From: the human T2T-CHM13v2.0 reference genome, Homo sapiens
NCBI RefSeq assembly: GCF_009914755.1
Contig: NC_060926.1
DNA length: 64,000 nt
Reading direction: 5' to 3' (one strand)
Positions 15,462-27,592 of the stretch are shown in pieces. Each line of letters begins with the position of its first letter. The first letter of the stretch is position 1. Under the pieces are notes generated by a model. It was not told where the DNA came from. It worked only from the letters and a program-made list of their open reading frames with translations, and did not search any database. The translations under genes were made by a program, and so were the position numbers.

Positions 15462-16112
15462 TGTGGCAGGGATTGCTTCTTATCGAAACATCTATTCTCC
15501 CTTTCCTCCTTTACTGTGATAAGTCATCACTCATATTCTCTAAACATTTCTGTTTCTCCCCCTTTTGATAAATGGTAGAATTATACTTCCTGACGCCTTG
15601 CAGTTAGATGTAGCCAGGTGACTTGCTTTGGCTAATACATTGTGAACTTTAAAGAATAAAGTAGGAATTACCATGTTCTTTGGCCACGTTCCTGATCATG
15701 GTTCTGGGTTTCAGAGTGAAGACACGCAGAGCCAAGCCCTAACTAATCCAGGATGGTCATGTAACAAAAGAGGAAAATAAGACTTTGTTGTGGTTAAGCC
15801 TCTGAGACTTGAGGGTTTTTTGTTACTGCAGCATAATCTAGTTTATTCAGATAGATGGGACCCTGGTTTTATTCAGGGCAGCCATGCACCCAGATGAGAT
15901 ATTTTTCAGACTCCCTTGCAGCTAGGTATTGTCAGGTAACTAAGTGCTAGCTTTAAGACATAAGTTAAAGTGTTGTCTAAAACTCCTGGGAAGTCTGCAT
16001 AAAGAGAAGTTACTTAATTGGAGATGTACTATTTTACCCTTTTACTTCTTTCTGTCATCTGAAATTCAGGTAATTATGGTTCACTCAAAGAACTGTCTTG
16101 GACCATGAGGCA
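15462..16112 (+). mobile_element. MLT1J-like LTR containing a nested MLT1H/I-like LTR (~15516-15855)
   Basis: The outer element starts 'tgtggcagg' and resumes 'ggttttattcagggcagc...cagactcccttgcagctagg'. The inner element ends 'ttaagcctctgagacttgagggttttttgttactgcagcataatcta'. Confidence 0.6.
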
Positions 16113-16114
16113 AT

Positions 16115-17270
16115 ACAGTCTCTTATAAAACTGAACATGCAACTATTAATACCATACAACCTAGAAACTACTTGTGATGGTTAATATTGAGTGTCAACTT
16201 GATTGAATTGAAGTATGCAAAGTATTGTTCCTGGGTGCATCTGTGAGGGTGTTGCCAAAGGAGATTAACATTTGAGTCAGTAGACTGGGAGGGGCAGATC
16301 AACCCTTGATCTGGTGGCCACCATCTAATCAGCTGCAAGCATGGCTAGAATAAAGCAGGCAGAAGTTGGAAGAACGTGACTGACTGAGTCTCCTGGCCTT
16401 CATCTTTCTCCCATGCTGGATGCTTCCCATCCTCAAACATCAGACTCCAAGTTCTTCAGCTTTTGGACTCTTGGACCTACACTAGTGATTTGCCATGGGC
16501 TCTTAGGCCTTTGGCCACAGGCTGAAGGCTGCACTGCTGGCTTCCCTACTTTTGAGGTTTTGGAACTCAGACTGGCTTCCTTGTTCCTCACCTTGCAGAT
16601 GGCCTATTGTGGGACTTTACCTTGTGATCGTGTGAGTCAATACTCCTTAATAAACTCCTCTTCATATATACATCTATCCTGTTAGTTCTGTCTCTCTAGA
16701 GAACCCTGACTAATACAGTACTCTTAGGCATTTATCCTAGAAGAATGAGAACTTATATTCACCCAAACATCTGTACCCAAATGTTCATAATAGTTTTATT
16801 CATAAGTCAAAAACTGTAAACAACCTAGAAGTCCTTCAACAGGCAAATGGCTAAACAAATTATGGTACATCATACTGTGGAATACTACTCAGGAATAAAA
16901 AGGAGCAAAATATTGGTGCATTATAAACACAATAACATGGAAGAATCTCTAGAGAATCATACTGAGTGATAAAATCCAAAATATTATATGCTGTATAATG
17001 CCATTTATGTAACATTATTAAATTGGAAAAATTATGGAATAGATTAGTGGCTGCAACTTGTGTTGATAAAAAGGGTAATTTGTATTGATAAAAATATTCT
17101 GCATCTTGACTGTATCATTGTCAATATCTTACTTGTGACATTGTACTAAACTTTTGCAAGATGTTACCATTGGGGAAAACTGGGTAAAGTGTCTATGGAA
17201 TTGCTCTGTATTATTTCCTACAATTGCATGTGAATGTACAATTATATACAACAAATGAATGAAAAAAGCC
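16115..17270 (+). mobile_element. L1MC/MD 3' end, interrupted by MLT2A2
   Basis: 'taccatacaacctagaaac|...|ctcttaggcatttatcctagaagaatgagaac', with 3'UTR 'gcaagatgttaccattggggaaaactggg'. Confidence 0.85.
16173..16717 (+). mobile_element. MLT2A2 (HERV-L) solo LTR
   Basis: TG...CA termini: 'tgtgatggttaatattgagtgtcaacttgatt' ... 'ctagagaaccctgactaataca'. 5-bp TSD ctact/gtact. Confidence 0.92.
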
Positions 17271-18199
17271 ATAAAGTTATAAAAGGGAAAAAAAATCACA
17301 AAAATCTGAGATATACCATAGACCAATTGAACAAAAGCTTCCTGGAGCTTGGATCTAGGGGCATTGGTATTTTTAATTAAGGTTTCTCAGGTGAATCTAA
17401 TTTTCAGCTAGACTCGAACTCAAGACAGCTGCTAAAAAATGATGCTACACACTGCTCCAGGGCTTATTACAAGGCCTCGAAAGAGCCTTATCCTCAGCTC
17501 CAAGTCAGGCGACATATGCATGATACCGTAGAGGAGAGGAGAGAATGAAAGTAGGACTGCAGTGTTCGTCGTCATAGCTTATCCCCACTGCCCAACCAAA
17601 AGGTGGACATTGTTGGTGTTTCCTACCCAAATTTTGCCAAGCTAAGTGGGTAGTCAGGATTTTAATATGAGTGTAGAAATCAGAATGTTTTAGGGAGAGC
17701 CCAGCTGGATATTGGGCTTAGGCAGAGGACTTGTTGGTTTATCCGTCCTTTGTGTGAGCAGGACAAAAGAGGATGAGAAAGGGATAGCAGGGAAAAGAGA
17801 GAAGGTGAAATGGAGAAACCCATGTGTCCACTGTTTGTCTTGAATTTCCTCTGTGCCAAGGAATATCACTGTGTCATCTGGCTAGAGTCTTCAGGCTATT
17901 GCTCTACCCACAAGAGAGGACCTCTGGTTGTGGGAATCTTAATAGTAAGAGGTATGAAATACTGGTCATGAGAACTGAGGAGGGTCAGCTGGGAGTGGCT
18001 TCTCATAGCAGAACTAAGAGCCTTCTGAAGAGTTCACAGGGTACCCTACAAAGAAGCCAGAGGATTTTGAGGTCAGTTCAGCATTGGTCAAAAAAGGAAT
18101 GAAAGCCAGCAGAGAGCAGACCACAAGAGCAACTAGTTATGCAAGATGCCGCTATCCTTGTCAATTCCTTCTTCCTGCCTCAGCACAGCAGAATAGCAG

Positions 18200-18300
18200 G
18201 TGCAATGGTTCTCAATCCTGGCTGCATGTTAGCATCACCTGAAGTTTTTAAAAGTACTGCTACCCAGACTGCACTCCTAGACACTAGGATTTAATCACAT
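18200..18300. mobile_element. MER5A fragment
   Basis: 'caatggttctcaatcctggctgcatgttagcatcacctg'. A similar fragment lies at ~17300-17420. Confidence 0.6.
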
Positions 18301-18309
18301 CCAGTACTC

Positions 18310-19090
18310 CCAATTCCATTCATGCCAACTGCCTTAAATACCACCTCCCTCTGGATGACTCACCATCTTCTGAGATTGAGACTGACATCCTCAGCCTCCT
18401 ACCCAACATGTTCATGAGAATGACTCAAAGGCACCTCAAACTCATGCCATTATCTTCCTAAACAGTTTCTTTCCAAAGTTCCCTCTCTCAAGTAGTGGCT
18501 CCTTAATCTACTTGCCTGTGCAAGCCTAGATCCTTGAAGTTATTCTTGAAATTTCCCTCTTCCTTATTATTTGTCAATGTCTCTTGATTTTACTTCTTTC
18601 CATCATCAAAACCAACAGCCTAAGCTACCATTATCCCTTGTTTCTTCTACTGCAATAGCCTGCTAAAAGGCCTTCCATGTTAATTTTAATACTCATCTTC
18701 AGTTAATTTTTTACATTGCTCCTGAAATAACTGACTTTTGAAATAAAAATATGATTCCATCATCCCCACCTTCCCACTATCTCCAGTTGAAAATATTTGA
18801 GTGCTTTTCCATGGCACTTGGGTTCAAGAGCCAAATCACAGACATCCCATACAGGCTTACTGGGCCTGACACCTGCTCATCTCTTATTTTTCAGTCACTC
18901 CACTTTCTGTACCAGCTACTCTGTTCTTCTTTCTGATATTCTTAATGAGCAAAGTTCCCTCTAACCACAGGTCTTTTGCATGTGCTGTCCTCTATGTTTG
19001 AAATTCTCTTTGTTGGGCCTACTTCCTCACCCCTTTACTTTCAGATCTCAGATTGGGCCTCACTTCCTTCAGGAAGCCTTCTCTAATATG
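18310..19090 (+). mobile_element. L2
   Basis: 'ggatgactcacca...aaggcacctcaaactca...ttctactgcaatagcctgctaa...caggtcttttgcatgtgctgt...caggaagccttctct'. Confidence 0.8.
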
Positions 19091-19109
19091 TCCCAACTAG
19101 GGAGCAACT

Positions 19110-19340
19110 TATACTAGTCATGGTTTTAAATTTACCTATTACCATGTGCTAAGGACTATGCTAAGGGCACATGCATCATTTCATTTAATCCATACAACCA
19201 CCTAATGATGTTAGTACTATTGTCAATTACATTTTACAAATGAGGAAACTGAAAGAATGAAAGTAGCTTGTCTTTGGCCACAAAACTGATAATGACCTCA
19301 GGTCTGTCTGGTTCTAAAACCCATGTTACATGCGCTACAT
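19110..19340 (-). mobile_element. MIR
   Basis: 'catcatttcatttaatccatacaaccacc...cattttacaaatgaggaaactga'. Confidence 0.8.
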
Positions 19341-20227
19341 TGTACCACTCCCCAAAGACATGGTTCAGGGCATCTCCCTTATGGAGCCCCTTTCCCATCT
19401 GATATACCAGTCACCCATTAAAGGTAGACCAGAACTCAAGGCCTGCCCTCTAGACCAAGCCACCATCCACTAGCTTCTGTGGCTTCTCTGTGCTGGGTAC
19501 AAACATATGACAGCACAGGCAGAGGCAAGCTGGAGAGATGACAAAGTAAATTCATGACAGTATAAGGAAAACATGATAAATGAAAGTCATGCAATGGGAG
19601 GATGGGAGGATCACTGAGAGGCTTGTAGGGCTTATTTTGCATGTGTACAAGGAATGAGTGACTAGTGATAGCAACAATAGGGCTTTCTCAGAGATGGAAG
19701 AGCCGTTTTACTAAAGGAGAAAGTAAACATTACTTAGGACAAATCTCATATCATACTTTAGTGTTTACAAAGGAGACAGAGGGAGACAGGCCAGGAAAGA
19801 ACAGATTTCCCAGGGGAGGAAATTGCAATGAAAATAAGTAATCTGGATCAAGTCAGAGCATGTTTGAACAAAAAGAATACCCAAGGACAGAGGAAACTCT
19901 AAGGATAAGATAGGATTTTATTCAGCAGGAACCCCTGCTAGCTTTATTTTAGACTGTTTTTAAAATGGTGAGTAGTCAAATGCAAGGGAAGAAGCTCTAT
20001 GAACTAACACCATTTCCTATAGGTTTTGATGCTTGAAAGTTTCCCCCAGGTTCAGAATACATATTTTAAAATTTAGAACGGCTTTAACATCTAACAATCG
20101 GAAAATGTTTAAGTAAATCACAGCCCATGCCATGAGATGGAATAATATGCACCCCTTAAAATGATGCAGATGACAAAATGCAATGACTCAGGATAACATT
20201 TGTTATGTTAAAAGTCTGGCTCTCTTC

Positions 20228-21380
20228 CTGGCCCCCTTCCTTACACTATATACAAAAATTAATTCAAGATGGATTAAAGAATTAAATGTAAAACCTCAAA
20301 CTATAAAAACCTTGGACATAGGAAAAGGGAAAGATTTCATGACAGAGATGCCAAAAGCAATTTCAGCAATAGCAAAAATTGTCAAATGGGATCTCTTTAA
20401 ACTGAAGAGCTTCTGCACAGCAAAAGAAACTATCAACAGAGTAAACAGACAACCTATAGAATGGGGGAAAACATTGCAGACTATTCATCTGACAAAGGCC
20501 TAATATCCAGCATCTCTAAGGAACTTAAATTTACAAGAAAACAAACTCATTAAAAAGTGGGCAAAAGACATGACATACTTTTCAAAAGAAGACGTGTGGC
20601 CAATAAGCATACCAAAAAAAGCTCAACATCACTGATCATTAGAGAAATGCAAATTGAAACCACAATGAGACAACATCTCACACCAGTCAGAATGGCTATT
20701 ATTAAGTCACAAAATGACAGATGCTGGTGAGGTTACAGAGAAAAAGGAATGTTTTTACACTGTTGGTGGGAGTGTGAATTAGTTCAACCATTGTGGAACC
20801 ATTGTGGAAAAACAGTGTGGTGATTCCTCAAAGACCTAAAAACAGAAATACCATTCAACCCAGCAATCTCATTACTGAGTACATATCCAAAGGCATATAA
20901 ATCATTCTGTCACAAAGACACAGATACTCATATGTTTAGTGCAGCACTATTCACAGTAGCAAAGTTATGGAATAAATCTACATGCCCATCAGTGGCAGAT
21001 TGGATAAAGAAAATGTGGTACGTATACACCATGGAGCACTATGCAGTCATAAAAAAGAATGAGATCATGTCCTTTACAGGGACATGGATGGAGCTGGAGG
21101 CCATTAATCTTAGCACACTAATGCAGGAACAGAAAACCAAATACCACATGTTCTCACTTATAAGTAGGAGCTAAATTATGATGAGACATGGACGCATGTG
21201 GGGGAATAACACACAGTGGGGGGGGGTCAGGGGGAGAGGCGGCAGAAGATCAGGAAAAACAACTAATGGGTACTAGGCTTAATACCTGGGTGATGAAATA
21301 ATCTGTACAACAAATCCCCATGACCCAAATTTACCTATATAACAAACCTGCACATGTACTGCTGAACTTAAAAAAAAAGC
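20228..21380 (+). mobile_element. L1PA (older primate) 3' end
   Basis: ORF2 C-terminal remnants ([18 protein letters not shown]; WIKKMWYVYTMEHY), a G-rich 3'UTR and an A tail at 21370. Flanked by older L1ME-like sequence. Confidence 0.95.
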
Positions 21381-21799
21381 AAAATACAAAATATACAAAA
21401 TACATGTGATTACAACAACATCAAAATATTTTCTTTTTATATCTTAATTTTTAAACTTCAATAAGTGTGTATTTTAGGAATTGGTATAAAACACAAATGT
21501 TATTTATAATGTTGTAGCCCTCTTTCATGTCTTATATTCATTTTTTCTCCATGTGTGCACAGAAGGTATTTTCAACACCTCCATTAGGTCCGTGGCCACT
21601 CGTTTTTTTCCTGGGCTATAAACACTGCTGTTAGTTCCTTGGGCTTCCTTCTCTCATGGATGACTTTACGAGGGTTTTAATTTTGCTTTTCTGAGTAGTG
21701 GCTTTTTTTCTGAGATACCCATATTAACTTCAAGAAAGTCTCCTAGGATACCCTGACTACTAGCTGGGCATTCTCTAATATTGAGCACATACTGTCTTC

Positions 21800-22455
21800 T
21801 GTAGAGATCATATTCATTTTCTATTGGTAAACAATAAATTATCACAACTTGGTGGCATAAAATGACATCCATTTATTAGCTCACAATTTCTGTGGGTCAG
21901 GAGTCCTAGTAACTAGGTCCTCTGCTCAGCAGTCCCCCAAGGCTGAAATTCAAGTGTTGGCCAGAGCTTTGATCTCATCTGAGGCTCAGGATCCTTTCCC
22001 AGCTCAAGGATTTTTGCCAGAATTCAGTCCTTTGTGGTTGTAGGACTGAGGTCGCCATTTCTTGTTGTCTTTTGGCTGGAAGTGTTCCTTGCTTCCCTAG
22101 GGGCTTCCCTTAGGTCCTAGCCATGTAGTCCTCTCACAGCCTGGCAGCTTTCTTCTTCAAGGATAGTGGAGACTATCCACTGTTGCTTTGAGTCTCTTTT
22201 TGGTGCTTACCTAATTAGGTCAGGCCCACCCAAGGAAACCTCTTTTTGAGTACGGTTGATTGAGTAGGGTCATGATTTGCATCTGCAAAATCGCTTCATC
22301 TTTGCCACATAACAGCCTACTGATGAGAGTGATATACCATCATATTCACATATGATGTGGTCCTGCCCACACTCAAGGGGAGGCGATTACAAATAGAGTG
22401 TATATATCAGGGGTTACAAACCTTGGGGACTATCTTAGAATTTTGCCAACCACAA
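21800..22455 (-). mobile_element. MLT1E/F-type MaLR LTR
   Basis: 'catttattagctcacaatttctgtgggtcaggagtcc...gttgtaggactgaggtc...ttggggactatcttagaattttgccaaccaca'. Confidence 0.8.
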
Positions 22456-23114
22456 GGTTACAGGCTATAAATTAAGGGTGTTGAAATATTGGGTTAGAAT
22501 TTACCTAAAGTATACTTTAATTAGATTAAAATTTATATTTAAAAATACACATTTTTAACTATATTATATACCAGTTTTGCCAGAGTTTGTTGCCATCTTT
22601 ATTTACTTGAAGTTTCCCAAGAATGCAAGGTAAGATGTTAAATTTAAAAAAGTACTGTTTGCAATTGTTATCTCTGAGAATCTGGATTTTCTTGGTACTA
22701 TAAAACCAATGAATGAATGAAATAATCAAAACCAACCAACCAAACCCAGTTTGGAAATAAATGGGGTGCTGAGGAGAATAAAAGAATGCTTATTGTTTTT
22801 TACATTGGGGAGATGACATTTCAGATTTTCTTTCAAACAAAAACGTTGCACTGTTGAAAAGTATAAAATTGTTTGCAGAAATAACCATTGAAGAGGGATG
22901 GGAGAGTACGATATGTATTGAGACAGGAGGAGTGAGGCAATGAAAGGATGTGCCTGATATTCCCTGGATCTGTCCAGGGTTAAGCTGCTCTCTGAACACA
23001 TAATGCCACAAGAAGCTGCTCTTCTGGGAAAGAATTTTAAAATCTGTCCTGCTGTCCTACCTCATAGCCACGTAGCAGTCAATTATTTCCAACTCAGCTG
23101 GGATTGTAACAATA

Positions 23115-23370
23115 CTTGCCAGCACTTTTATGGCCCTTACCTAGCACTTACCATATATCAGGTATTGTTCAAATCTCTTTATGCATAGTAACTCATTTAG
23201 TCCTTACAATAGCTCTCTCTCTAAGGTATGCATACTATTGCTCTCCCCATTTTACAGGTGAGGATGCTGAGACACAAAGAGGCCATACAACCTGCTCAAG
23301 ATTGTATCAGTGGGAGGTAGAGCCCAGGTTTGGATTTGGGCTGCCTGCCCTCAGAGGCTGTGTCCTTCTC
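23115..23370 (-). mobile_element. MIR
   Basis: 'ctccccattttacaggtgaggatgctgagacacaaagagg'. Confidence 0.85.
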
Positions 23371-24264
23371 CAGTTAGCTGTCTGCCTTGCAGGGAGGTGT
23401 TTAAAGGCATTATCCTGAGGTCAGTGAACACCATCAGGGACAACCCTACCATTCCCTCTCCCTCTAAGTGAGTTCCTTATCTACACAGCCCTCCCATCAG
23501 CATCTAAGCTCCTTCAAATAGAATTAACTATATTTTGATTATCTTTCTGTTTGCTGCAAGCCAAGAATGTTTCCTTGCTCCACTAATAATTTTTTTTAAA
23601 TTAAGAAACATTTCCAAAATGAAATGGCCAACATAAAGCCAAAGATTGGGGGCCTCCAAATGTCTGGTTTAATTGTGGGAGTACCTGGGAGGAGAGTGGC
23701 TGAGGTGATCTGATCGGTGGGCTGTTAGACACAGTCTGCACCTCATGGTCCCCCTGGAACAGCCTACAGGACCGAGGTCCTGGAGCCACGTTGTGGTTGG
23801 CCTGGCTCTGGCCATGGTGGTATTGCCTTGGAATGTAAGCATGTCATCCCCCTATTTTCCCTTTAAAACCTACATTTGAAAACACATTTCTGGATGTAAT
23901 TTGGTCAGACGTATTTGCAATGAGGTGACATTTCTTGTCTTCTGTGGTTAAACCTATAGCTGTTTTTTATCTTCATCTTTTCTACTTGGCTGCTTTCTCT
24001 GTTTTTGTTTTTCAATACTGTAGCTCCTGCCTCTTATTCCTTTTTTGCATCAGCCATTTTATGCTATCACTGATCTTGTGGCTCACTTCCTTACCTGGAA
24101 GCTTTCTAATACTTTTGCCATAGACCTTCCCACGATGTCTACTAGTACTCACCCTATTCTGTGCTCACCCTAATTAGGCAAGGACTGGCATTATCTTATG
24201 TTTCTTGGAATTTCCTTGGAACAATGCAGTCTCTAGTACATTTCCATCATTCCCAAGGGAAGAG

Positions 24265-24820
24265 GTTTTAGACAAAGTGTTTTTGGTTGCAATGACTGAA
24301 ACCCAAGATGAATGATCTTAAGCATAAAATAATGAATTAGCTCTGATTTTAAGATACTGAAGACTCACAGAAGTGAGCTCACAGAAAATGCTCAAGAAGA
24401 TATAGTGGCTCACAGAAGAGCTTTAAGTGCTGGAGCCTTAGGGATAAGAACCGTGGACTCATTTCTTGTCTCTTGCCTCCGCTGAGCCTCATTTTGCAGC
24501 GTGGCCCTCTCTACCCTCTCCATGTGGCAGAGAAGATGGCCATCATTAGCTCCAGAGCTGCACCAACCCATTGTATCCAAACCTACATCTAGCATCTGAG
24601 TATCATTCTCAGGGAAAGATTCTGACTCACATGGCTTGTGGGGAGATGACGTCTTGTGACTGGCCTGACCCAGCCCATGTGAGCCTCCCCCTGTGATTTA
24701 GTGGTAAAGCTCTGTCTCTAGCTTCACAGGGGCAAGCATAGGAGCTCCTCAAAGGAAAGAGGGCTGTGTTTCAAAGGGGATGGAAAATCATGCTATGTGA
24801 CAAAATCCCTGGCTGCCACA
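24265..24820 (-). mobile_element. Old MaLR LTR (MLT1K/L-like)
   Basis: 'ttttggttgcaatgactgaaacccaa...ttaagcataaaa', 'cagggaaagattctgactcac'. Confidence 0.5.
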
Positions 24821-25299
24821 GCCTGATGTAGTAGGGAGATCCTCCAATATAACAGCCTCCAACGGAGTGTCTAAATAATTCCCTCCGACTATTCAGTTTC
24901 CGTTTATGTGATATGATTTAAGGGTATCATTGAGGTTGAATGTGAGCTGTGGAATACAAGTCAGTAAGAAAATTATAGCCCAAGCCATGTGGGACATCAT
25001 GACCATGTAAACCAACAAGTTAAAAATCACTGGTAGCGGGAGCTAGGGCAAGAATGAGCCAGAGGAGGGCCCTGGTGAGCCCCAAGTAAGATTACTATTC
25101 AGGATGACACAGACAGCTCATATAGAGAACGATTGCCTTGAGTGTGCACCAGGGCTCAACGGAAAACCTCAGAAAGCCACTTGAATAGAAAATCGAAGGG
25201 GTCCCAATATGTGGACAGGGGTACTTTTCATCCTGCTGAGGAATCAGCAAAAAGAGCCAGTCAATTCTTTGCTCCAATACTGATTTTTTAAAAAAGTTT

Positions 25300-25545
25300 A
25301 AAAAATGGAAAAATAATAATTGGAGATATTCATGGGATACACAGTGATGTTTCAATACACAGAATGTATAGTGATCAGATCAGAATAATTACCACATCCA
25401 TCATCCCAAATGTTTACCATTTATTTGTGTTGGGAACATCTAATATCCTGCTTCTAGCTATTTGAGAGTATATAATATATTAATGTTAACTACAGTCATC
25501 CTACAGTGGTATAGAACACTGGAAATTATTCCTCATCCAGCTCCA
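25300..25545 (-). mobile_element. L1MA 3' terminal fragment
   Basis: 'catgggatacacagtgatgtttcaatac...ttatttgtgttgggaacatctaatatcctgcttctagc'. Confidence 0.85.
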
Positions 25546-27421
25546 AGACTAGTTTGTGCTACAAGGGTCTGGAGATAATTTAAGAAGGGGAGTGGAGTGG
25601 GGAAGGGGAAGGGAAAAGATGCATTTATGAAATACGTCACTAATCTAAATTTGTGGAGAGAGTTCTGGGATTTTCTCATAGGACCAGAACTCAAAAGCCT
25701 CCATCTGGGTAAAATCAAGATAAAATGTTTGCTGACTCCTTATACCCTAAGGGGTGAGATGCTCTTACTAAGAGCTTCTGAAAGCTTCTTTTCAAGCAAG
25801 CCCCTGTCATAAGAAAGACAATAGGATGTTTACAGTTTTCTTTCTTTCTTTTTTTTTTTGATAAATTCTGGCTGATGGTAATTCAGAACCATGCGTAACA
25901 ATGTTTAGTTTTCTATGCAGACAGTGCAATGCTTGGACATGTCATGAACTTTGCAAAGAAAAAGAATATGCCTTGTAAAAAATTTAGTACCCAAATTTTG
26001 GGACCCAGAAAATTGAAATCTGTGAAGAATGCACATCTAAATCTTTAACATAGTGCCTCGGGGTTGGGGATGGGGGGGTAGCAGGAGGGAGGGGGATGTA
26101 ATTCAAATACCAGCCTGGAGGAATCATTTCCATTATGCTGTAAGAAATGTAAGAAGTTATTATAATGAGGTCAGTTCTGGTCCTTATGTTATTAGCCGAC
26201 CAGTGAGGACAGAGACAAGGTAGAACAGAAATTAATTAGTATTATGGGGGCTTTATAATCCAAGGTATTCAGAAATTTAGCAAAACTAGGTCTGTGTTCT
26301 TAAAAAAAAAAAAGGATTATAGAGAGACCTTATTAAAGCACAGAAGGCTCAGCTATTTAAGATGGTGACATACATAGAGGCAGGAATGTGCAGAGAGAAG
26401 CTGAAAGGCAGCCAGGCCCTGAAGGAATTTCAGTGGAATTTCTTCACCGGAGGAGTAGTTAATAAATAGAGCAGATTTCTAAGGGCAGAAACTAGAGCAG
26501 TTACTACAAATAGTTTTATTTTTCCTCCTCCTTCTTCTTCTTCTTTAAAGAAGGGAGTGATAGGAAGTTGGAGAGGAAAATGTTGAAACAAAGAAAAACA
26601 AGCTTCTTACTAGCTCTCTAGGCCATCTCCCATGCAAAAATGTCTGTTCCCAGACATTCAGAATGTTGTATCATTTAGTAATCATAAAACATACTGTAGA
26701 GTTGACCTTGGGTGTTAGTTTTAGATTAATACTAGATATCATTAGGAACTGCATGTAATATAATACTTTTCAAGAGTCTGAAATACCATTTGTTTTGTCT
26801 TGCTGCCAACATTTCTGCTATTTTCCATTGCACAGGACAGAAATGAGGGCTTGAAAATCCTTTTGTGCTCTGCAGTCGTCCCCTCCTCCTGCCTTTGATG
26901 CAGGTCTTCCTCACAGTCTGATACACAAAGCCTTTTCTGGGACAGTGTTAATATACTAGATGTTTACAGATCTGAGGTTCTGAGTTATTTCTCCTTCCCC
27001 TTGATCAGGTAGGTTGGCTAACTCATTGTGCACATGCGTTTTTATTCTTCGTACTGTAAAATGATGACATAAAGAGAATGGGTGTAAATGTGTATATCTT
27101 TCCACAAACATATCTACAGTTTTATCAATATGCAGATTTTCTCTCACCTTGCCAGTCAAAAAATATTTGACCAGTAATCAGCTTGGCAAAAACTGTTAAC
27201 TTTGAAATTTGCCAGTTGATTCCTGGGGCTGGAACTATTATCTGTTGTTCCTGTTACTATTTCTCTATTTGTGTCTCTCTCTGTCACTACCCATGAAAGT
27301 AAAAAGAATATTTACCCAAAGCCTTGCGATCTCACAAAAGAAGGGTTCGGTCAGGGCAACAGCTCAGGCAGCCCCAGTGAATAGCTCAGCTGACAGGCGT
27401 GTGGCGTGACTGGACTCACTG

Positions 27422-27592
27422 CACAGCAGCATTTCTCAGACCATGGGCTGTGTGGTCACCTGGGGTGTTTGTAGAGATGCAGATTCCTAGGCTCCACACC
27501 AGACCTACTGAAACAGCATTCCTGGGCTTGGGGCCTGTGAGTCTGCATTTAATTATGTCGCCCACGTGACTCTGAGATACATGGGCCTAGAG
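27422..27592. mobile_element. MER5A
   Basis: 'cagcatttctcagac...atgcagattcctaggctccacaccagacctactgaaacag...gggcctgtgagtctgcattta'. Confidence 0.8.

Noticed and set aside
19953-19967. Other AG...GT micro-exon-like patterns (here, the donor at ~22630, and 47197-47200)
   Set aside because: Acceptors are weak or the lengths implausible; such patterns are expected by chance in 64 kb.
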